The notes under the pieces are model-generated. The model was not told the origin of the DNA and ran no database searches. It worked only from the letters and a program-made list of their open reading frames with translations. A program made the position numbers and the translations under genes. Below, piece after piece: positions 57,523-64,000 of a stretch of 64,000 nt of DNA. The stretch lies in the IMG/VR virus record IMGVR_UViG_3300045921_000484, positions 89,258 to 153,257 of that record; one strand, 5' to 3'. Source of the DNA: a virus. Its lineage: Duplodnaviria > Heunggongvirae > Uroviricota > Caudoviricetes. Within the stretch, counting starts at the first letter, position 1. Each line of letters begins with the position of its first letter.

Positions 57523-58752
57523 ATGAAAACCTTGAAAAAAGTCCTTATATCACTGATTGCCATAGGTGCAACAGCCTGCTCAAGTACCCGTAACACCGGA
57601 ATATACGATGATGATATCTATTACACACCTCGAAGTAATAATCAAAATCCGGTTAATAATAATAATACGGTTACTCAAAACAATAATAATACAAATTCTG
57701 ATCCTAATCAGCGCCAACAAAATACTGAATCATACACTGATGTTAGTGGTAACACTTATATTACAAGCAACTACTATGGAAATAATAATACTTTTTATCA
57801 AGATGATTATTATGACTATGCTTATTCAGCAAGAATAAGAAGATTCCACTCCGGAGTATCATTTGGTTATTACGATCCATGGTTTACCAATATGTACTGG
57901 TACACATACGACCCATTTTTCTTTGGTATAAGTATTTATATGACATATAGTTGGTGGTATTTAACACCATGGGTAAGATATAGCTGGTATTGGGGTTGGG
58001 GTTCAAGTTGGGACTGGGTGCCCGGCTGGGGATGGGGTAGTGGCTATTTGTATGGATACAATCACGGTTATTGGAATGGATACTGGAACGGTTACTACAA
58101 TGGCTTAAATAATGGTTTAGCAATAAATTATTACAATAGTTTCGATAGTAATAGTTGGTATGGTTCTAGAGGTTCTTCAAGTGGTGCAGGTAATGGCACT
58201 AATACAAGAGAACCTAGAAGTTTGGGACAAATTTATCAAAATGCTACCGGAGACAATCCACAAATGCGCCAAATAAACACTATTGATGAAAGAGGTAGTA
58301 TAAGAAATAGTGGAAACACAATATCTTCTAAACCAATTGATAATATTAGTAACATAAGATCAGGAAATACAGGTAGTGGTTCGGGAACAAAAGATATAAA
58401 ATCCTCTTTTGAAATAGATCCATCAAATGGAAGAAATGGTAAAAGAATTGATAATGCTGATGTTTCTAAAAAAGGACGAGATAATATGAGTAATACTAAT
58501 CCCGTAGATAATATTGAAAGACCAAATACCGGTGGAAGGAATCAATCTATTGATAATATTAGTCGTACCAATAATGGGAGAGAAAACAATTTTCCAACTC
58601 AAAGAGAATCTAATATTCAACCTAAAAATAATTACTATAATCAACTAAGTAACAAACCTCAATACAACTATAATAATAGTAATGGATTTTTCAGTGATCC
58701 ATCAAGAAGTGGCGGAGGAAGTATAGGAGGTGGTCGGGGAAGGTCAAGATAA
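57523..58752 (+). CDS. Lipoprotein with N/Q/Y/W/G-rich low-complexity (prion-like) body.
   Basis: Signal peptide MKTLKKVLISLIAIGATAC (lipobox). Tracts NNNNTVTQNNNNTN, WYWGWGSSWDWVPGWGWGSGYLYGYNHGYWNGYWNGYYNG. Confidence 0.55.
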   Translation: MKTLKKVLISLIAIGATACSSTRNTGIYDDDIYYTPRSNNQNPVNNNNTVTQNNNNTNSDPNQRQQNTESYTDVSGNTYITSNYYGNNNTFYQDDYYDYAYSARIRRFHSGVSFGYYDPWFTNMYWYTYDPFFFGISIYMTYSWWYLTPWVRYSWYWGWGSSWDWVPGWGWGSGYLYGYNHGYWNGYWNGYYNGLNNGLAINYYNSFDSNSWYGSRGSSSGAGNGTNTREPRSLGQIYQNATGDNPQMRQINTIDERGSIRNSGNTISSKPIDNISNIRSGNTGSGSGTKDIKSSFEIDPSNGRNGKRIDNADVSKKGRDNMSNTNPVDNIERPNTGGRNQSIDNISRTNNGRENNFPTQRESNIQPKNNYYNQLSNKPQYNYNNSNGFFSDPSRSGGGSIGGGRGRSR

Positions 58753-58796
58753 ATTTAACCAAGCCGGAATTAGCTTTCAATTCATTCTAACACAAG

Positions 58797-58830
58797 ATAA
58801 ACCCACTTATTAAGTGGGTTTATTTATATT
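58797..58830. terminator. Bidirectional terminator between convergent genes.
   Basis: ACCCACTT-att-AAGTGGGT then TTTATTTATATTTT. Same stem as the 10104 terminator. Confidence 0.6.
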
Positions 58831-60666
58831 TTATAATCCGTTTTGAAATTTATATTTTTCATATCTATCAACTAAGTCGATCAGGAATTTATTTCTTACA
58901 ATATCTTCAACTCCAAACTTATGACTATAAACATCACTTAGTTTATTTTTATAGTTTTGTTGACTTTCCGTTCCATCGTCTTTGAATTCATATTCACCGG
59001 TTACAAGTGATATAAAATCTAAAAATTTAGAATCTTTTTTCTTAATATCATATTGTGATATGTCACCCATCATAACAGCTTTTGAGTTTTTTCCTAAACG
59101 AGTTGACCATAACATTAATTGATGCATGTTACAGTTTTGAGCTTCATCTAATAACATTATTGAATCATCATAGGTAGTACCCCTCATATATGCAATAGGC
59201 TCTACAACTATTTCACCAATTGCCTTCATAAATTCAAATGATTGCTTTCCTAATATTTTCTGAAATGTTGAAAAGTAAGATTGCATATACGGATCTGTTT
59301 TTTCTTCTATTGTTCCAGGTAAGAATCCTAAATTTTCACCACTTTCTTGTATAGGTTTTGTTAGAATTATCTTTTCAATTTTCTTATCAGCTAATAAACC
59401 AATTGCTGAATAACAAGCAACAAATGTGTTATGTGTTACTATATAATCATTTGTTAGATATAACCTTGATGGACTATCTACCATTATACACTGAGCTTCT
59501 TTCTTTCCGATTAATTTAGCAGATGTAATATACCTATTAGGTTTATATTTTGTTTTTGGTATAACCCTATCCAATTTTCTTTTAAATGAAAATGGATTTA
59601 TGTTTGGGTTCATTGTTACAGTTATTCTATATGATATCTTTTCTGATTTTTTTACACTTGGGTTATATGGTGAATGGTCAGTTGCTATGCCACCCAAAGA
59701 CTGTATCAACTCCTTAACATCATTTACTAGCCTAATAGAGTTAGAGCCAAAATAGATAGATCCATCTTTATCTATGCTACCATCAGAATCCATAAGACCC
59801 CTTAGTAGCTTAATTCTATTATCAAGAGAGTTATACTTATATTCATTTGGTATAAACTTATTATCGGATTTCAAATTATATAATCCTAATTCTTTTAAAT
59901 ATTTAATATATTTATTTTTATTTTTTTTAATATCAGATGTGACAGAGTAATTATATAAGTCTCTGTTTGTTAAAATCTCATATTCTTCTATACTATTTTG
60001 AAAATAATTTATTATTTCCTCATCAGATGTTGTTAATTCTACATGTTCTCTGAAACAACCATCTCCTAATAAAATTCCAAATAGGTAAGGGTCTATTTCA
60101 ACTTTTCTTTCATTTAGATTTACTGGTGATGTTATGGGTATTGTGTAATTCAATCTACCTCTTTTTGTATATAGACTCTCAATAATTTCTAACGTTGTTT
60201 TGACAGATCCTGATTTTGGATTTTTACTTTTTCTATCTTTTTCACTGGTAACGAACCATAGATGATCAGAACAACATTCAACTTTGGATCCATCTGAGAA
60301 TGATAATTCCCAAATATCTTTTTTACCCTGTGGGAATACACCAGTTACAATGGTTGAATTGCCATCATCTGATATGACTCTATCTCCAACTTCTATATCA
60401 CCCATAGTTATCCATCCATTTGGTGTTAATATTAGTGAATCTAATGGTTGAGCTTTAGCAGTTCCAGCAGGTCCTTGACATATAGTTAGCGTATTATTCC
60501 TTATTCCATTGTAGAGCTCGTATTGTTTAGGTGTTAGTGATATTATTTGTTTTATTTTTTCCCACTCTTGTTTGTTGATTCCTGATTTTCTAGGAGTTCT
60601 GTTACGAGTAAAATCGTCAATGCTTTGTTCGATTTCTCTTTGATTTCTTTGCTTTTCTTTGCTCAT
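58831..60666 (-). CDS. phoH: PhoH-like ATPase interrupted in its P-loop by an intein with LAGLIDADG homing endonuclease.
   Basis: N-extein ..LTICQGPAGTAK (Walker A) then intein AQPLDSLILTPNG.. .. YIVTHN. C-extein TFVACYSAIGLL..IILTKP..LDEAQNCNMHQLMLWSTRLGKNSKAVMMGDISQYD (PhoH motifs). Extein total ~269 aa. Confidence 0.8.
   Translation of the reverse strand: MSKEKQRNQREIEQSIDDFTRNRTPRKSGINKQEWEKIKQIISLTPKQYELYNGIRNNTLTICQGPAGTAKAQPLDSLILTPNGWITMGDIEVGDRVISDDGNSTIVTGVFPQGKKDIWELSFSDGSKVECCSDHLWFVTSEKDRKSKNPKSGSVKTTLEIIESLYTKRGRLNYTIPITSPVNLNERKVEIDPYLFGILLGDGCFREHVELTTSDEEIINYFQNSIEEYEILTNRDLYNYSVTSDIKKNKNKYIKYLKELGLYNLKSDNKFIPNEYKYNSLDNRIKLLRGLMDSDGSIDKDGSIYFGSNSIRLVNDVKELIQSLGGIATDHSPYNPSVKKSEKISYRITVTMNPNINPFSFKRKLDRVIPKTKYKPNRYITSAKLIGKKEAQCIMVDSPSRLYLTNDYIVTHNTFVACYSAIGLLADKKIEKIILTKPIQESGENLGFLPGTIEEKTDPYMQSYFSTFQKILGKQSFEFMKAIGEIVVEPIAYMRGTTYDDSIMLLDEAQNCNMHQLMLWSTRLGKNSKAVMMGDISQYDIKKKDSKFLDFISLVTGEYEFKDDGTESQQNYKNKLSDVYSHKFGVEDIVRNKFLIDLVDRYEKYKFQNGL
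59428..60453 (-). mobile_element. Intein (~342 aa, Ala1 type) with two LAGLIDADG motifs.
   Basis: Block A AQPLDSLILTPNG (no Cys/Ser1). Block B-like CCSDHLW. LFGILLGDGCF and LRGLMDSDGSI. Terminal THN followed by +1 Thr. Confidence 0.7.
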
Positions 60667-60769
60667 TTAAGGATTATTTTTTTATATATTCGGTTCCTTA
60701 CTATACCTTTATATGTTAATCAGAAACATAAAGTTTTAATATATAAGGTAAAATTTTAATTTTTTATAA

Positions 60770-60985
60770 GTGAAAAACAGAGATGATCTTATATATGATT
60801 TAATTTTCTCTGAGGAGACTTCTTATAGAATAGATATATCTGAATATGTTAAGAATATTTATGAACATAATGAATTCGTATCAGATATAAAAAGTATTTT
60901 AAAAAAATCAAAAGTCACAATAGTAAAGAGTTCGGTTTTGTTAGATAGCAAAACTGCTATATGGGAATTAAAAGTAAAAAAGTAA
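60770..60985 (+). CDS. Small hypothetical protein.
   Basis: 71-aa ORF. Confidence 0.35.
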   Translation: MKNRDDLIYDLIFSEETSYRIDISEYVKNIYEHNEFVSDIKSILKKSKVTIVKSSVLLDSKTAIWELKVKK

Positions 60986-61006
60986 TATGTGGAAATTAGA
61001 CACTGA

Positions 61007-64000
61007 GTATAATAAATGGTATAAACAAGGAGATTCATTAACTAAAGAAAATTTCGATTATTTAAAACAATCACTTGACAAAGTTAGATTTTATTCTAAA
61101 TGTTTAAGTGGTGCTACATATTATCCTGTTAATGATTTAAATAATATCTATGATATTATGAGCTCATATGTACCTAGAAACTGGTATGTTAGCACTACAT
61201 ATAGTATAACCTCATTTCCATCTCAGAACCCAAGACCAATAACATCAACATCTTCTAATGAGTATTACAATAAATATGTTGCTGAATATGGTTTAACACT
61301 AAAGAATTTATTTACACCCAAAAGATTAATAGATGATTCAATATCAAATTTTATTTATGTTGATATTGCAACAACTCAAGAATTGGAAAATATAGGTCAA
61401 AATGTTATTGACTTGGTAATTGATGATTTTAAAGTGAAAGAAGGTCATAGAGTTTTAGTTAAAGATCAAAAAACTTATGTTACTCTTTCAAATCTGATAG
61501 ATCCTGATGCATATTTTTATCCAATACCTTATTATGTTGACCCAAATCAACCAGTTGGATCATTAGATACTATATACTATTACTATAATGAGTTGAATGG
61601 TATATATAAATATGACGGTAGCAAATTAGTTAGAGAATCTGACCTTGATTCATATGAGGATTGTATTAGATATAGCATCTGTGTAAAATTAGGAACCAAA
61701 AATAAAGATAAACAATATCATCTTGTGAGAATGAAGGATGGTTATTATCCAAGTGTTTCGGAGAATCAACCAATTGAGTTTAAGGAAAAGCACAATTGGG
61801 TTATGAGAAATAGAGTTGACTATAATAACGTATTAGACCTAAATTACTTTGATGTTATTAAACATGGCACTCAAGAGTACTTTGATATAGTTGATAACTT
61901 TACTTATAGCATACCAGAAAGATTAATTGGTGTTGGTGAGTTTGGAGTAATTATAAACTATCAAAACAATGTATCACACATAATTAACAATAAATATAAG
62001 GTTAATTTAAGAAGTATATCTGAGGTTAATGGATACTATTGGATATGTGGAGATCAAGGTACACTACTTAAAGTATCTAAGGTTGATTTTTCTATCCAAA
62101 AGGTGGATATTGGTGTTTTGGGTTCACTGAGATCTGTATCATTTTTTAATGATGTTAGAGGTGTTGTTGTTGGTGATTTCAATAATATTTATTATACAGA
62201 TAATGGTGGTAAGAAATGGAACAGAATATTGGTTCCTGAGTTTAATGCCTATAGCTATAATAAAGTTCTATATTATGACATAGATAATTTCTTTGTTGGT
62301 GGTAATTCTGGTGTATTTCTTGAATTTAAGCTAGTTTTAGGTGAATGGAATATAAATAGAAAAAGAGTAGCTAAATATTTAGATGATGATGAATATCTTC
62401 TTGTTGAGGATATAAATGATATTATATCATTCACATCAAGTAATTGGGGACTGACTTATTCTTATAGTACGCAAAGCATTCCAACTAATAAAGAATCATT
62501 GATGTTGGTTACTAATAATGGTAATTTAATAGTTTATAACCTAAATGGATATGTTGATTATGATTTTTTATACTTAGAATTCAATCAAAGATATGGTGAT
62601 ATTAATAGTGTTTCTCTTAGAAAAAATTCTAATGAGTTTTATTTTTCATCCGATAACATCTATTCATTTGATATAAATAATTTCCAAGTCATAGGAAGCT
62701 CAGTATCTAATGTCATATATGGACTAACCGGAGCTACACTATCATATAGTTTATATGCTAATAAGATAGCTGACTATAACGGTGATGAGATATTAGTATC
62801 AGGAAATAATTCTCTTTTAGATTTTGCTAGTTATTCATATGTTATAGATGGAGTGATGGATCCAACCTTTAATCAGAGATTAAAGTCTAAGTTGTTGTTT
62901 CTAGATTATGATATAGCAGCTAAGCTTAATTTCTTTGATGATCAACAAAACTATAGACTTCCGAATTCATTGACATTTAGTGGAGCATCTTTTGTTACCG
63001 GTTCTTATTTCGTTGTTGATGAGTTATTTGGTGAAAAAAACTGGATAACATATTGGAAAGATAGAGAAAAAACATTTGAGTATTATACGAGTATGAGTGA
63101 TGCCAATGTTGTTTATCCATCGACTACTTTTTCATATAGTGGTATTACTTATTCTATGATTCTTTCTATTACTTCATCAAGTATACATATAGATTATAAT
63201 AGTATATTACCATTAGCTCCAACAATTGGAGATGATAGTAGAAGTAGGTATGTAATGGGAACTGGTCCTTCTATAAATGCTACAAGTTCTATTAGTACTG
63301 ATGTATATTTATATAAGTATTTAATGATAATAAAAGTTCAATCACCAATTATTGGTGCTGATGTAGGTGATGTTATATATTTATATTCTTCAGTTGTAGA
63401 GGGTCATTTTATTGTTAATAAAGTAATTTCTTCAGGTGCTAATAGATATTATTATTTATATACAGACTTTAATGAAACAATATTAAACGACTTAAAATCA
63501 TTACCACCAACAGAATTTATTAGATTTGTTAATCTAAATAAATATGGTTCAAGTCCAGGAGAAACTGCTTATCCTATTCCATCAATATTTCCACCATTAT
63601 ATGATGATGATTCGGATTATGTTGCTAATAGTGCTGCTTCAAATTTCAGTAATAAGTTTAATTTACATCCAATATCTAAGGCATTTGAGACTTCATTTGC
63701 AAGCGCTAGTAATATATTAACTATATCTCCTATTTTTAGTAGAGAGTCAGCTTATTACAATTTAGGTTCAAAAGTTAATCTTTCCGGAACAACATATAGT
63801 ATGACTTATAGAAATACATTCTTGAAATTTGGATATAAGCCACACTATGATATACTATCATATCTTGAAAATATAAATTCAAATTTTAATAGTGGTAAAG
63901 AAATCTTAGCTATGCCTAATTACTACTATGTTCCTTGTGTTGACTTTCCATATTATTCAGGATTTAGTGGATTAACAAGTGGTAACATATATCTAGATAC
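61007..64000 (+). CDS. Large structural protein (5' partial in window, over 997 aa) with BNR/Asp-box-like motifs.
   Basis: Read by hand: ATG at 61007 and the frame stays open to the window end (absent from the track because it has no stop). YTDNGGKKWNRI resembles S/TxDxGxxW BNR motif. Confidence 0.6.

Noticed and set aside
358-58644. Numerous 60-125-aa track ORFs lying antisense to or overlapping larger genes. For example 358..561, 1155..1358, 3043..3258, 3533..3832, 4461..4652, 6465..6683, 6604..6846, 7156..7386, 9490..9675, 9771..9968, 17486..17863, 18523..18777, 18627..18842, 22918..23121, 26132..26323, 27584..27796, 27966..28331, 28181..28459, 31709..31900, 32699..32884, 34967..35203, 35973..36182, 37360..37578, 37931..38485, 38865..39083, 38926..39114, 42921..43124, 43944..44162, 46609..46815, 48050..48265, 49948..50175, 53799..53996, 54150..54362, 55700..55900, 57566..57838, 57884..58123, 58423..58644.
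   Set aside because: Each is nested in or antisense to a longer ORF with recognisable domains or cleaner codon composition. Their low-complexity S/L/I/F-rich translations are typical of spurious frames in AT-rich DNA.

Overview
AT-rich (~30% GC), very densely packed window that reads as a segment of a large dsDNA phage genome. The host is most plausibly a Bacteroidetes/Flavobacteriia-type bacterium: TAnnTTTG-type -7 promoter boxes recur upstream of genes, there is no obvious Shine-Dalgarno usage, and there are many hairpin-plus-T-run terminators. No rRNA, CRISPR array or intact mobile element is present.

Recognisable genes:
- DnaB-family replicative helicase
- ribonucleotide reductase catalytic chain with ATP-cone, with no small subunit in the window
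- a TROVE/Ro60-like protein with a C-terminal vWA domain, directly preceded by a 690-nt ORF-free region with hairpins and its own terminator (candidate Y-RNA-like ncRNA)
- a beta-class DNA N6A/N4C methyltransferase divergent from a class I SAM methyltransferase
- three consecutive paralogous fibre-like structural proteins, translationally coupled to a guanidinoacetate/Rmt2-family methyltransferase
- UvsX/RecA-like recombinase, RuvC-like resolvase, GreA/GreB-family transcript cleavage factor, NUDIX hydrolase, metallophosphoesterase
- GH16 laminarinase-like glycosidase, GNAT, clan-MH metallopeptidase, SPFH-domain lipoprotein
- a PhoH-like ATPase split by a ~342-aa Ala1 intein carrying a LAGLIDADG endonuclease
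- a large BNR-motif structural ORF running off the 3' end

Unusual architecture:
- a four-member family of LRR-like 20-aa tandem-repeat proteins arranged as two tandem pairs in inverted orientation about 20 kb apart
- a ~7-kb cassette-like array (44.2-51.0 kb) of tiny genes, each bounded by a conserved ATAACGTTTGCAAATAT element and a portable promoter/leader/N-terminal module, scattered with gene fragments, flanked by 150-bp direct repeats, and abutting a 5'-truncated tyrosine recombinase
- a host-like penicillin-binding-protein fragment bracketed by a 35-bp inverted repeat
- a canonical-geometry tRNA-like element with anticodon GCA
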